Source: Basidiobolus meristosporus CBS 931.73 (lineage: Eukaryota; Fungi; Basidiobolomycota). Taken from it: a stretch of 64,000 nt of DNA. The stretch lies in contig MCFE01000149.1 of the NCBI GenBank assembly GCA_002104905.1, positions 89,404 to 153,403 on the forward strand, given 5' to 3'. The translations under genes were made by a program, and so were the position numbers. Below the pieces are notes generated by a model that was given only the letters and a program-made list of their open reading frames with translations, searched no databases and was not told the DNA's origin. This document shows positions 1 through 13,094 of the stretch, piece by piece; within the stretch, counting starts at the first letter, position 1; each line of letters starts with the position of its first letter.

Positions 1-76
1 CAGTGACCAAGACTAGTCTAGAATTGCTAAGTAAATTTTTAGCTGGTGAATGATGACAAATAGTCCTATATTTCAA
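1..76 (+). repeat. Left arm of a 76-bp inverted repeat (pairs with 1625-1700); may extend beyond the window edge
   Basis: 1-76 (CAGTGACCAAGACTAGTCTAGAATTGCTAAG...) matches the reverse complement of 1625-1700 at 67/76 positions by manual alignment. Confidence 0.85.
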
Positions 77-1624
77 CACCTAAGGTGCTGGATGTTGGCT
101 TTTAGACTTGATTACACTTAAGGGTGTGTATTCATGTAGGGCTGTTGTTGGGCTTCCAAACTAGATTTATACTGCAATAGCAACAGATTCAGCCCAAAAC
201 TTGATGTACATTCCCCTATCATGCAGCATTGACTTTTCCATCTTTGCTATTGCTCCACTTAGACATTATACTACTCCATTTTGCTATGGAGCATCTAGTG
301 CTGTGGTCTAATACAGTGTAACAGCAGATGAATGGTACTTTGCAAGCTCCTTGGAGCAGTAATCCTCTTCATTGCCACTTCAAAGTACCTTCATTTTTCT
401 CCTTGCTTGTGCTTCTGCTATGTTCTCAAAGTGCTTAAACAACTCTAGAGCATCATCTGTTGTCTTATGGAAGTAAACTCATGTATATCAAGTGTTATCA
501 TCAATAAACATTATGTAGTATCTCTTGGCACCAAATGACAATGTTCTCATGGACGCATGTATATGTGAGTGCACAATAGCTAATATCTCAATGGTGCTAA
601 TGCTTGCTGAGCTGCTAAAACATTGCAATGCTTGTTTGCCTTATAAAAATCCCTTACACACATTTGGTTTAATTTGAATTAAGTAATTTAGGCCCAAAAT
701 AAGTGGATTTCTCATCAATTGGCTTATTTCTGTTTCCTAATGTCTCCTATTCTCCTATACCATGTTCAATAGTCATAATCTCTTGTTTCAGCAGTTTTAG
801 CATATTTAGGCACTATAATCTTGTATTGTAATTTGTATATTGTGATCAATGATTCCCAAAGCTAATATTAACCATTGTAACACAATATTACAAATTTCAG
901 CTTAGCAAAATCAAATCTCAGTGCCTGAGTAGTTACCATATACTCACTGGGAGTAGGTTCTTAACTATTCCAGGCACATATAGTATGCCAGTTGGTTTTG
1001 TTGCTGTTATCCCTGAGATATCACTCATTTTAGCTGTGTAGACCTACTGGTGGTAGCTTCCAGAGCACAATTGTCCGCAAGATAAACATCTCTTGCAGGA
1101 ATAGTTTTCAAGTTACTGAACTACTTCTTTGCACCATAGGTATGCTGTGATGCCCCAGAGCACCCATACCACTTATTAATATAGGTACCTACACTTTCCA
1201 TAATTATATGGTCTGCCTGCGCTAGCTTTAGTTTTTGGTCCACTTGTTTCTATATACATTGTCTTGCCCAATGTGCCAGCTTCTTCTAGTTGTACCAGCA
1301 ACCAGGCTTTCTTTGCTTCTGTTGCTTCCCCTTCTTTTCTGTGCACCTCTCTGAGTGGTATAAAGCATCATCCTTAATTTTCCCAGTTTTGTCATTGCAT
1401 CTTAGATCTTCATGGTGAACTCTTTCTTTGACATTATCTAAAGTGAGATTGTCTTCTCTGCTTTCAAAAGAGAGTATGAGTGGCTCATTCTTGTCTGGTA
1501 AGCTGCAAGGCAAATGGAGTATCTTCTCTTCATCACCTACATCAACATGGATACTGTTAAGTTCTTCTGCAAATGTCTACATTCTGGTAATGAGCTGTAG
1601 CATGTCTTCCTCTGGCTTCTTCTA
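77..1624 (-). pseudogene. Decayed Ty1/copia internal fragment (mid-gag to integrase)
   Basis: The minus strand is colinear with the copia remnant at about 6840-8400 (e.g. ...cagctcattaccagaatgtagacatttgcagaag vs ...caactcattaccagaatggagacacttgcagaag). ORF 1286-1513 is gag-like; many stops and frameshifts. Confidence 0.75.
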
Positions 1625-1700
1625 TTGAAATATTGTACTATTTGGTATCATTCAGCAGCTAAAAATTAACTTAACAATTCTGGACTAGTCCTGGTCACTG
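1625..1700 (-). repeat. Right arm of the 76-bp inverted repeat, ending CACTG followed by TA
   Basis: Reverse complement of 1-76 (88% identical); 1701-1702 = TA. Confidence 0.85.
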
Positions 1701-1981
1701 TAGGACTTACAGCCCTTACCTTGCCACTTTCTTCAGATCCATGATTCTATAGTTACTCCCCAATTGCCAATATCAAATTAACACTTTTACCAATTATTAG
1801 ACTTGTTCCATTGGATAGTGCCACATAGTGCCAGCCTGTTTATGGTGCTGGATTGATCTGGCACTCTATGGCACTATTTGGCACTACAATTTCTATCGTG
1901 ATGCCAGTGGTTTGATACAGTTACTGGTAATTTTACTCAATCTTACTTATGTTGCTCAGAATAGTGCTTTCCTTGCTTTAT

Positions 1982-2866
1982 TTACTGTTCATAATGCTCC
2001 AGACACATTTCACTCAGTGGATGTCCTCTTGTATGAGCATACTGAGTATTAATAAGTATCTTAACTATTTTACCTATTCTGCTGTTTTCCCCTATATATG
2101 ACTTTCCTCTGTATTTACCTGCAAATATGCTGAATCTCTTCAGATATCCAAATGTGTGCTCTACCCTCACTCTGAAATGATTAAACATCCCATTGTAGAG
2201 CTTCTGCTTCCTGCTAAGCACACCATTCCTTGGCTTTCTATAAGCTGTAATACATCCTAATCTGTTACAATCCTCTCCTATATAGGCTAAGTCTGCCATA
2301 CATTTCTCCCCTCTACTGAATTCAGGATGATTCTTTACCCAGAGTGCTTTGTCATGCCTACTTCCAGCAAATGGCCCACTAAACCAGATGATGTTACCCT
2401 CCATGTCAGACAGTGCTTAAAACTTCACACAGTGTTCCTTGTACTTGCCAGAATAAAAGAGCCTCTGCCCTCTAGAAGGTCTGTTAATCCTCACTGAGAA
2501 GGTATCCAAAATACTCCTGATATGAAACCTGTTGCTGAACACTCTGGGATATGGAAGTCTATTGGAGCTTCTGAATCTAGTATTCCAAGCTTGCTCCAAG
2601 TCATTCATACACTCTGCAAGGTGGTTCTCCATTGCTGTCAGCTGAGAATGAAAGCTTCTAGGACTTCTGTTGCCATGGATGGTGCGATGAAACCTTGTAG
2701 GGCAATAGTTCTTGTAATAGCAGAGAAGCTTAACAAGGGATCTCCTTGAGTAGATTGGGGTTGATGGTCCACAGTACTTGGAATAGATCTCCTCTAGTGT
2801 GTCAAAAGGAAATCCAGTGGTAGTAATGGGATTGATGAGAAAAGACCATTCAGATGAGTAATTCAT
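1982..2866 (-). pseudogene. Harbinger-type DDE transposase with one in-frame premature stop
   Basis: ORFs 2417-2866 and 1982-2404 are in frame, separated by TAA at 2417-2419 where copy 2 has CAA. Motifs ILDTF, YSGKYKEH, GSRHD, MADLAY and RVRVEHTFGYLK give the D-D-E triad. Confidence 0.88.
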
Positions 2867-3128
2867 ATTAAAATTGGTGGATGATTATATGGAGGTGGTT
2901 TGAATTGATTTGGCATAATCTGCATTATTTATCTGATTTTTAATGCATTATGATTAAATCTCCGTCAATTGCCATGTATCCCATCATTATGTTGCAAAAA
3001 TCATCCACAAACAATGCCTTGGTACTTTTATTGATGCTTTACTCATAGGTCTATATTCAAATAGGAAATCTGCAATTGATGTGATCTGATCCATGTCAGC
3101 GCAATCCAAGATTCATCATGCATGATAC

Positions 3129-3693
3129 ATGGAAAACTCAACAATCACATTGGTTTTCATATATATTTCATATAAGACCAGGTTGATGCCAATATACTGC
3201 TGTATAAGAATTCAAATCCGTTGCTATGATCCCCATACCAAGTCCCAAGTCATCTTTAGTATAATCCAGACAAAACCCATCCCCCAGCTCACAAGCACGG
3301 TCTGGACCGGAAAAGTCAATGTTGGATCCGTTCAAGTTCTTGCCAAATGATTTTAGTATGGCCCAAGTGTCTATGATGAGCCTTCATACAGATATTTGGG
3401 CACTACTGATTAATCTAGCAGAACTAGATACCTCAGAGAGTTGACAAAGATGGAAGAATATGAGTAGAAAGCTGTGGTATGAGTTCTACATCAGGATGCC
3501 AGCCAATGTATGTAAGAAGATTTATAACAAGACAAGTATTGAAATCAAGAATGAGCTGAGAGTGAGGGGATTTGATGAAGAAGCCGCGCGGGAACAATTT
3601 TGCGTGCAATTTGCACAGTATGGGCCAGATGCATCCGTTTGTGCCTCAACTTTGGGAACCAAAGAGATTTTGAATGAATTTTGCCTCAAATGA
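3129..3693 (+). pseudogene. Second, divergently oriented gene of the Harbinger element (possible Myb/SANT-like DNA-binding partner), disrupted
   Basis: Conserved with 14725-15290 in copy 3. The frame reads ...ELDTSES*QRWKNMSRKLWYEF..., and QRWKN resembles the last Myb/SANT helix. PIF/Harbinger elements typically carry such a second ORF. Confidence 0.45.
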
Positions 3694-4189
3694 CTAATGT
3701 ACTATGTGATATATTAGTAGAGCTAAGTGGCTTCTAAGAGCAATATACACAGGACTCATCCAGGCAACAGCTCCAAAGTATCAGACAGAGGGTTAGTGAA
3801 TACCTTGAGGAATCAGACGGTGAGCTTCAGGAAGAAGAATACAGACCGCAAGCAACATTGTCCAGATTGTGCCAGCATGCCTCACTGGATTCCTTACCAT
3901 TTCTTGCAACCACAGCGCACCGGCACACATCAGTCCAGACTACGCCAACACCCTTTACCAGAGCGCCCCACATTGAGTCAATGCATGTTGGGTCAATGCA
4001 CATGCTTCAGAGCAAAATTACCAGAACTTGCCAAACTGCATATTTAGACACAAGTCCATTGGAGCAGACCAAGTTGTGTCAACATGCAGCATCACATCAA
4101 ACTCAGCCAAGGGCCATCTCAACGCATCAAGGTGTGCCTGCGTGTGCTGTTTTGCCTGACCATCAGCAAGTTACTTCTGGTGAACTGAC

Positions 4190-5850
4190 TGATGATGACC
4201 AATATGAAGTGCTTCAACTACTAGAGCCCTTAGCAAGTAAAAGAACGTGTCAGCGCTGTAGTGGGGTGACAGTGACACCCACTGACAGATGTGCTCATTC
4301 CCTTATTTTCTACTTTCCTATATCTCTACTACACCTATTTTAGTTTTATCCCATTTGTCTTACCCAATCAGTACTATCCCATAAGCCATTTGACTATCAC
4401 ACCTGCTTACCTTATTGCATAAGTTACCCCTCACTTTATGTAGATTACTAGCTTTAAGTGCCTCTATATTAGGCAAGTACCCGCGCCAGTACCCGTGACA
4501 TATGGTCAAACCTGTGTTACCATCCCTACCTTTTCCATACCATATATGGTATCCCCATGTTACACATGTTTCAGAATACTGATTCCTGATTGGTTGGATA
4601 TGCTGTGCCTCTTAGAACCTTCCAGCACCTACTTAGAACATCCTTAGGTTGTTCTGATGTTATTAAGATTTCTATTGATATCTGGAACCTTCTGGAACAC
4701 CATGATTAGTAATCACTTAGCCAGTAAGAAAAGTATATAAGGGAGGCTATCCCTCAACAATAAATCATCATCCATTTTATCAATATACCAACTTGTTGAT
4801 TAGTGTGATCACTGCTACCTGCTGCTACCTGAACTTCCAACCCCATACCACAGGACACTTCCAGGAAACTGCGCTGACAGCCAACTGACCTTGGAGGCAC
4901 TACTTGTGAGGAATACTCAGAGTAGGTATCTTTTATTATATTTGATCCTTTCCCAAGTTTGTTCTTGTACAGGCAAAGATACTTTTCTGTCTTTGTAACT
5001 ATTGACCACAGCTGCATTCTTATCAAGTCCCTGCTGGTGGAGTTTACAGTTGTTTTGACTTTGGAAGCTTTAGTACATTGTCATCTCAAAGGACGCTGAA
5101 CCCAGCACATACTTTTGTTAAGACGCCAACTAAGTTGGGGATTGTAGCTCAATAGTTTTCCCTTGACAAGCTTGTGGCTTTATTCCCCTTCACATTAGAT
5201 TAGAGACAGAACCCAAATATTCCTAGCAAGCTTTTGCCAGAGGTTATTGCACGCAGTGAACACCCCACACACAAAACACTTGAGAAGTGTTGGACGTATC
5301 TCTCCCTTGGACCTATACACCACCACAGCGCATGGCACTCCAGGCCGGTTCAGTTGGTTCAGTTGGAGCAATTCAGCATGGCCAAGCTGCAGCATTGCAC
5401 TCATCAACTAGGAGGCAAATACTGACTACCAATACACAAGTAGCCAATTTGATAGTCAGCCAGGTAGTAGTATAGGTGTGCAAAGTGAGTCACTACCAAA
5501 TGCTTCAGTAGTAATCCCTGTGAGAAAAAACCCAGGAGAAGATGATGCAATTGCTTTGAATTGCTTTTTTTTGTAATGATCCCAACAACCTATTTTTTTT
5601 GCAATCCAAATCAAGCCATTTCAAATCAGTGATCATCAAATTTTTGATATAAGTAATATTAAGGTTGTCTCACATTTGAGACAGAACCCCAATGAATAAA
5701 CACCCTGCATATATATACATCATCTGTAATACCAGTGCAGCTATTGGATCTGTTTCACACCTACTCAATTGCTTGTGTGCTAGCAATGACACCTTGTCCA
5801 ATCACTAGGATCAGGGATTTATTTGCTCAATGGGCAAAATGGGATATTTG
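4190..5850 (+). mobile_element. Nested insertion: LTR-like segment plus heavily decayed Ty3/gypsy-like pol remnant
   Basis: Absent from copy 3, which runs on past ...TCTGGTGAAC. It has a TG...CA segment with TATA (gtatataagg) and AATAAA at about 4559-5048, followed by weak RT-like peptide traces. Confidence 0.35.
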
Positions 5851-6494
5851 ATTGCAAATCAGGTAGCTTGTTTAGTAGTCAATGAGCCAATTGGGGGCTG
5901 CCAGCTTCAGGATACTTTTGAGCCAATTAACCACTGAGATACCATCCATATGGAGCAACGGTAACCAAAATGGTAAGTATCAGTGTAGTCTATAGTGTGA
6001 TACACATTTGTTTCCATTTGCATTAAAGAAACATATCCAAATACCAGATTTTACCTGCCATAATAGTGGTATCCAATTGCGCACGTGATGCAAACATTAC
6101 AAGTTGGCACAACTATCCGTGCCAACCTCATTGTGTCAGATTGTGCCATATTGTGCAAGATTGTCCAAGAACAATCCTGCCTTCTGGTAGCTACAATATT
6201 GCACCCAATTGTTTTTTACACCCACAGATTGCCCCTGCACCCTGGCACGGTACAATGGAACAAGTCTAGTATGTACCAACCCTGAAACTGTTACAGAGTG
6301 CTCCTGAATGATGAGAAACCCTCTTTACATAGGGTTACAGTTGTATTACTTTTACAAAGGTTCAAATACTAAGCTTCTTTGTGAATAAGCAATAGTTCAA
6401 CTATTGCCACTATTTCTTAATAAATTCCTTATATCCAAATCTCTTTTTAAGTTGCAACTGATTGAGAACCCAAATTGATTTATCTAACTAAAGG

Positions 6495-9010
6495 ATGACT
6501 TCTGCCTGGAAACAGAACAACTCAAACATTTTCCTGGTAGTAGAGAGGTTTGATGCAAAGAACTGCAAACTTTGGAGAATCCAGGTAAAGATTCACCTTG
6601 AGTAAAGAAAGCTTAAGAATCAGTAACAAGAAAAGATGTTGACCCTAAAGAAACAGCAGAAAAGGTGGAGAAGTTTCAAGAGAAGGACAGGAAGGCCTTT
6701 AATGCTATATGGATTAATGTGCTAGCTTCCTTCCTTGGACAAATCTATGCTTCAAATAGTACCAAAGTGACATGGATGTCCTTAGCACAGATTTTTTACA
6801 ACAAAGTGAATATCAATCAAGCTTTATATAAAACTAAAGTTCCTCAACATGAGGAAGAAGCCAGATGATGACATACTACAACTCATTACCAGAATGGAGA
6901 CACTTGCAGAAGTACTTTATAGTATTAATGCTGGTGTAGATGATGATGAAAAGATACTCTGCTTTGCAGCTTACAAGACAAATATGAGCAACTCATACTT
7001 TCTCCTGAAAGCAGATAAGACAATCTGACTTGAGACTATGTCAAAGGAGGCCCTCTCCATGATGAACTCTGATGTAGTGATCAAGCAGGGAAAACTGAAG
7101 ATAATGCTATCTTCAGCTCAGAAAGGTGCACAAAAATGAGGGGAAAGCAACAAAACCAAAAAACCTGCTTGCTGTAACTATTATAAGACGCCAGGGCACT
7201 GGGCAAGAGTATGCAAGAAGAAACAGGCAGACAAAAAGTGGAAACTAGAGCAGGCAAACCATATAACTACTGCAGAACAATTATATGTAACTGTATAAGA
7301 GAGTGCAGTTAATCAAAGTAAAGAAATATACAGTGACTCTGGCGCATCACAGCATATTTTCAGTACAATGGAGTGGCTCAGCAACTTGAAGGCTATTCCT
7401 GTAAGAAAGGTTTATCTGGGAGACTACTTTACACTAAAAGCTATTGCCAGTGGGTGTATGCCACAAAACATGAGTGATATCTCTGGGGCAACAAGAGCAA
7501 GACTGACTGACATGCTCTATGTGCCTGGAATAGCTGAAAGCCTACTCTCAGTTAGTAAGGAAATTACTCAAGGACTCAAACTTGTTTTTACTAAGTTAAG
7601 CTATTAATATTAAGTGAAGATACACAAAAATATGCTTTAGTAATCAGAGATCACAATATATACAAGTGTCAATGCAAGATAATTGTACCTGAGTATGTCA
7701 ACTATGCTGAAGCTGATGAAACTGACTGGGAGAAATGGCATAGGAGGCTAGGACATAAAATCAGCTTGTTTCAGGCCTAAATTACTTAATTACAAACATA
7801 TGGAATGTCTGTAAGGGATGTTCCCACGGTGAGCAAGCTAGGCAATGTTTCAGTAGCTCAGGAGGAATTAACACTACCAAAATATTGGCTATTGTGCACT
7901 CAGCTCTATGTAGCCCATGAGAACACTGTCCTTTGGAGCCAAGAGATAAACTACAACATTGATGGATGAGAAGACAAAATACATATGGGTGTACTTTCTC
8001 AAGACAAGGGATGAGGCTTTGGAGATATTCAAGAACTTCAAGAACATGGCAGAAACACTAACTGGGTACAAATTGAAGGTACTTCAAAGTGACAATGGAG
8101 AAGAATACTGCTCAAAGGAGTTGGCAATATCCTGCTCATTTGCTGGTATAACCCAACAGACCATTATTTCACATATTCTACAGCAAAATGGAGCAGCAGA
8201 ACCTGCAAATAGAACAATAGTAGCAATGCAAAGATATATGCTACATGATAAGGGAATGGACTACAGGTTTTGGACTGAATCTGTTGCTACCATTGTATGG
8301 ATAAGGAATAGATGACCAACAGCAGTGTTGTGTGACTCCACACCCTTTGAGACATATACAGGCAAAAAACAGAACTCCTCCACCTCAGGACCTTTGCAGT
8401 GGTGTCTTTTTTGACATTGCTGACAAAAAATGCTCAAAGCTGGAACCTAAGAGTAGAAAAGGGACCTTTATTGGGTATTGCAATGATACTAAAGGGTATT
8501 GAGTGTACAATGGCAAAATTCAGAAGCTGATTGATAGTAGAGATGTTGCATCTGGGGAGATTTCTGATGAGAGAACAACTGATATCATTTTGCCAGCTGC
8601 CTGACAATGTAATTTACACCAATGAAGAAGATATATCCCTAATTTGGCCAGATACAGAAGATGATTCTACCAGTTCTAAATCAGAGCATGTTATCCCAGT
8701 TAGGAGATCTACTAGAATAAGAAATGCCCCTGGTTCCTGGTGACATACAAGTGATGATAATGAAGAAGCTTATTTTGCTTTATGAGCCAAACCTCAGAAT
8801 TTGGAACAGGCAATGCAAAGTTCAGATGCTACTATGTGGCAACAAGCCATGCAGGGGGAGCACCAATCACTGATCAAGGTAAAAATGTGGGAACTAGTAG
8901 ATCTACCCAATGGAAGAAAGCCAGCAAGATATAAATGGGTCTACAAGATCAAGATAACCTCAAATGGCACTGCTGATAAGTACAAGGCTAGATTGGTGGT
9001 CAAAGACTGC
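6495..9010 (+). pseudogene. Decayed Ty1/copia gag-pol (gag, protease, integrase, start of RT)
   Basis: Fragments YVPGIAESLLSVSK (protease), KTKYIWVYFLK...LKVLQSDNGEEY...QQNGAAEPANRT...FWTESV (integrase) and WELVDLPNGRKP...YKWVYKIK...YKARLV (RT); multiple stops and frameshifts. Confidence 0.9.
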
Positions 9011-9227
9011 ATCCATCAGACACCTCACACATCTTGTGTTGTGTAGCTTCTCCCAGGAGTGCCTCTACACAACCACAGTGCTCATGGCTCAATGTGGCAC
9101 TTTCTAATCCAACAAGTTCATTATGCATGATGCATTTTCAATTGACACAAATCAGATCTTGTCAATTGCAAATTTTCTTGTCGATCATAGACTTGGGGTA
9201 AATTCTAAATAAAGTCCCCAAGTCATT

Positions 9228-9961
9228 AGACTTGTTCCATTGGATAGTGCCACATTGAGCCATGAGTGCCAAATCATGCCATAGTGTGCCAGAGAGGTCA
9301 AGTGGGCCTATATGTGGCCACAGAGTGTGAAATATAGCTCTGCATCTTCATGTAAAGCAGCCCCTGTGTTTCACCCATTGCGCAGGAGAAAATCCATTTT
9401 TTGACCTTTTTTTGTGGATCAATGTAGCTCAGGATGTGTAAGAGCACAGGAGAGCTGAAGATATGCATCTGGTACTCAATACCCATGGCACTCTGAATCT
9501 AGCTCCTGTAGCTTGTATCATGTCACAAAAATGAATGGCACTATCTTGGTCCACTGGTACTATCTGGCACTATAAGTGCTTTGTATAGATCTTACTTTAG
9601 GGCTAATATTTAAATATAGTGCCAGATAGTACCAGTGGACCAAGATAGTGCCATTCATTTTTGTGACATGATACAAGCAACAGGAGCTAGATTCAGAGTG
9701 CCATGGGTATTGAGTACCAGATGCATATCTTAAATCTGCTTGTGCTCTAAAACATCCTGCACAACATTGATCCAAAAAAAAAGGTCAAAAAATGGATTTT
9801 CTTCAACACAATGGGTGAAATACAGGGGCTGCTTTGCATGAAGATGCGGAGCTATGTTTCACACTCTGTGGGCAGGTAGAGGCTCACTTGGCCTCTCTGG
9901 CACACTATGGCATCATTTGGCACTCATGGCTCAATGTGGCACTATCCAATGGAACAAGTCT
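9228..9961. mobile_element. 734-bp fold-back non-autonomous element with Harbinger-family termini
   Basis: Arms 9228-9574 and 9615-9961 (347 bp each) are reverse complements around a 40-bp spacer. Termini are AGACTTGTTCCATTGG...CCAATGGAACAAGTCT, with identical 3-bp TSD ATT at 9225-9227 and 9962-9964. Confidence 0.92.
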
Positions 9962-9964
9962 ATT

Positions 9965-11164
9965 GTTTGAGGATGATTTTTGCAATATATTGATGGGATA
10001 CAAGGCATTGATGGAGATTTAATCAAGTGCATAGAAAATCAGATAAATAAAGCCAATTGTGCCAAGTTGATTCATATCACCTCTACCCAATCTTGTATCA
10101 ATTTAAATATGGCTTACTCATCTGAATGGTCTTTTCTTATTAATCCCATTACTACCACCAGATACACTTTTGACACATCAGAGGAGATCTATACTAAGTA
10201 CTGTGGACCAACTACCTCAATCTACTCAGGGAGATTCATGGCTAAGCTTCTCTGCTATTATATGGGCTATTGCCTAACAAAGTTTCATCCTACCATCCTT
10301 GACAAAAAAAATCCTAGAAGCTTTCATTCTCAACTAACAGCAATGAAGAACCACCTTGCAGAGGGTATGAATGACTTAGAGCAAACTTAAAATACTAGGT
10401 TCAGAGGCTCCAATAGACTTCCATATCCCAGCATGTTCAGCAATAGGTTCCATATCAGGAGTATATGGATACCTTCCCAGTCAGGATTTACATACCCTCT
10501 AGAGGGCAGAGAAATGTTTATTCTAGCAAATACATGGTTCACTGTGTGAAGTTTCAAGCACCGTCTGACATTGAGTGTGATATCATCTGGTTTAGTAATC
10601 AATTTGCTGGAGGTAGGTATGACAAAGCACTCTGGGTAGAAAATCATACCATATTCAGTAGAGGGGAGAAATGTATGGCAGACATAGCTTATATAAGAGA
10701 GGATTGTCAGAGATTAGAAAATATTTCTGCTCATAGGAAGCCAAGGAATGGAGTGCCTAGCAGGAAGCAGAAGCTCTACAATGAGATATTTAATTATTTC
10801 AGAGTGAGAGTAGAGCATATATTTGGAAATGTAAAGAGACTCAGCATAGTGGCAGGTAAATACAGTGGAAAGTCATTCAAACAAGAAAAAGCACAATAGA
10901 TAAAATAGTAAAGATACTTATTAATTCACAGTAAATCCAAGCAAGAAGACATCCACTGAGAGAAATGTGTCTGGAGGATTATGAAGAGTAAATAAAGCAA
11001 GAAAAGAGCCTTTCTGAGCAGCATCATCATGATTGAGTAAAAATGCCAGTTACTGTATCCTACCACTGTAAATATGGTAGATATTAGAGTGCCATATGGT
11101 GCCATAAGGCATCATATTGATCTGGCGCTAAATACAGGCTGGCACTATCTAATAGAACTTGTCC
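9965..11164 (+). mobile_element. Harbinger-type element, copy 2 (transposase pseudogene about 10109-10990 plus degenerate TIR)
   Basis: MAYSSEWSFLINPITT..., MDTFPVRI...YSSKYMVHCVKFQAPSD...MADIAY...RVRVEHIFG, homologous to 1982-2866 but frameshifted; degenerate TIR ggcactatctaatagaacttgtcc near 11140-11164. Confidence 0.85.
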
Positions 11165-11199
11165 ATAGCTTGAATAAAGCACCTATGGCCCCCTGCATA

Positions 11200-12450
11200 T
11201 TTATCTCTACAAACATGCACACCTGCTGCAATTGACATACTTCTATCACCTCAACTTGACAGGTTTTTATTGTAATACTGGCAAAGTTGGCATGTACCTT
11301 GTATTGCTGGTAACATATACATCCCAACACATATGCTTGGTTACCACCACTTTTGCCATGAATACCTCCTGAAAATCCGCAAAGAACTTTTTGGTCTTTA
11401 GCCAATATATTCCTCCTCCCAGCTGGATTTGAGTTCCCCTTACAGGTGTGCTCTGGCTCTTGTTTGTATAAATACATATTGAATGGTGTAGAAATTGGCC
11501 TGTGATTAAGTGAAACCCAGTATACTTTGGTAGAGCTTTCCTAAAGAAAATTAGTTGCTTATTACACCCAGCCCAACTTTGCATTACTTAACTGATTACC
11601 CTCATATTGGGGCTGCTTATCTTCTTAATCCCATAGGAATAGGTGACTCCATGAATACATTGGTCCTGAGTATTTTCTAACTCTTCCTGGCAGTCCTCTA
11701 TGCACCAACTCATTCATGAAGGACTTGAAGGTGATATTCTTGATGAAGTTGGGATATGGTATTACCTGCAACTAGATTTGTCTTCCTATCTCCCCACACA
11801 TTTGCTCCATAGGAAACTCCTAAAGGTGAAGCAAGGCCCAATACTCTCCACACACCAAGTACAATGGAGTAGAGTATGATACAATAGTGACAGAGATCTA
11901 TGTGCTCAGCTTTATGTCTGTAGTATAGCCGCTCAAATCCTGTGACAAACTCCTTGCACAAAAGCTGTAAATATACCAAGTTGGCATTGGTGATCCAGTT
12001 CTAGATAAGTATTCCTACAGTGTCCACATATGACTCCAAATGCTTCCAATGTACTCTCAATAGGCATGGCTTCAGAATGCCACTTGAATAAACACATATC
12101 CAGCTCATCCAGTCCATGTACTTTTATTGCTACATGTGCATATGAATGTTGATTGGAGCCTGTGAGAAGTGGTATAATAGTGGTCTCCTGATGGGATCTT
12201 GACAGTTGATCCAGATTGGATCCACCTGCAGGACCAAATTACTTTCCATAGTGTGTTTGAAAAAGAGGCAATAGCCAATTACAATGCACACAAATGTTGG
12301 AGGTGATAGAGTGTCTGGGATCAGAAAGTGAGAAAAATTGACAGAGAACCAATGAAAAGCCACTTTTTTATTGTGGTGATGAAAAATTTTGACTAAGTTG
12401 TTTACAAGAACTAGGGTGCAATTATTTTTTGATGGTTTTTGCATGGTGTC
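11200..12450 (-). pseudogene. Decayed CACTA/EnSpm (Plavaka-like) transposase fragment
   Basis: The minus frame reads GILKPCLLRVHWKHL...LQLLCKEFVTGFERLYYRHK..., resembling the FExLY region of fungal CMC-EnSpm-like transposases. Part of it recurs inverted at about 13095-13375. Confidence 0.45.
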
Positions 12451-12769
12451 CTAACAGGATCAATACCTCTTTGTCATGGGACCTAATTTTGTGATGTCCT
12501 TGTGACAGGATCATCACAATTATTTTTCATAGGGCTTCTACACCTTTAAATAGGGAATTCATATAAATAAACACCAGAGCACACATAGAAGGGAGACCAG
12601 AATATAACATGGAGCAGAAATATACCGGCTTGGGACCTAAAAGTACTGTACAGATGTCTAAGAGGTGTTCAGGTTAAGAGTGGCAGCAACCAAGTATATG
12701 TATGTAGCATGTATATTTTGTATGTATAGATTTAAAAGTTGTAGAGGAATAGGGAGTTGAGCTTGTATT

Positions 12770-13094
12770 AGACTTGTTCTTTTGGATTGTGCCACATTCA
12801 GCCATGAGTGCCAAATGATGCCATACTATGCCAGGGAGGCCAAGTGATCCTATTCTTGGCCACAGAGTGTGAAACATAGCTCTGCATGCTCATGCAATGC
12901 CGCCCCTGTGTTTCTCCTATTGTGTTGGAGAAAATCCATTTTTTGACCTTTTCTTTTAGGTCCATGTTGAGCAGGATGTGTAAGTGCACAAAAGGATTGA
13001 AGATATGCATCTGGTACTCAATACCCATGGCACTCTGAATCTAGCTCCTGTGGCTTGTAACATGTCAGAAAAATGCATGCCACTATCTTGGCTG
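12770..13094 (+). repeat. Single arm of the fold-back element family
   Basis: Starts AGACTTGTTCTTTGG after ATT (12767-12769) and is colinear with 9228-9550; no matching second arm. Confidence 0.8.

Larger units (their letters stand above)
1799..6267 (-). mobile_element. PIF/Harbinger-type (PHIS) DNA transposon, copy 1, carrying a nested insertion at about 4190-5850
   Basis: TIRs AGACTTGTTCCATTG (1799) and CAATGGAACAAGTCT (ends 6267); repeated subterminal GTGCCA/TGGCAC motifs; internal DDE_Tnp_4-type transposase; colinear with copy 3 (13654-16664). Flanks are ATT and AGT. Confidence 0.8.

Noticed and set aside
9139-9224. Two short hairpins (CAATTGACA...TGTCAATTG; GACTTGGGG...CCCCAAGTC) beside the fold-back
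   Set aside because: The stems are only 9 bp; there is no TSD or Helitron CTRR end; no function can be supported.
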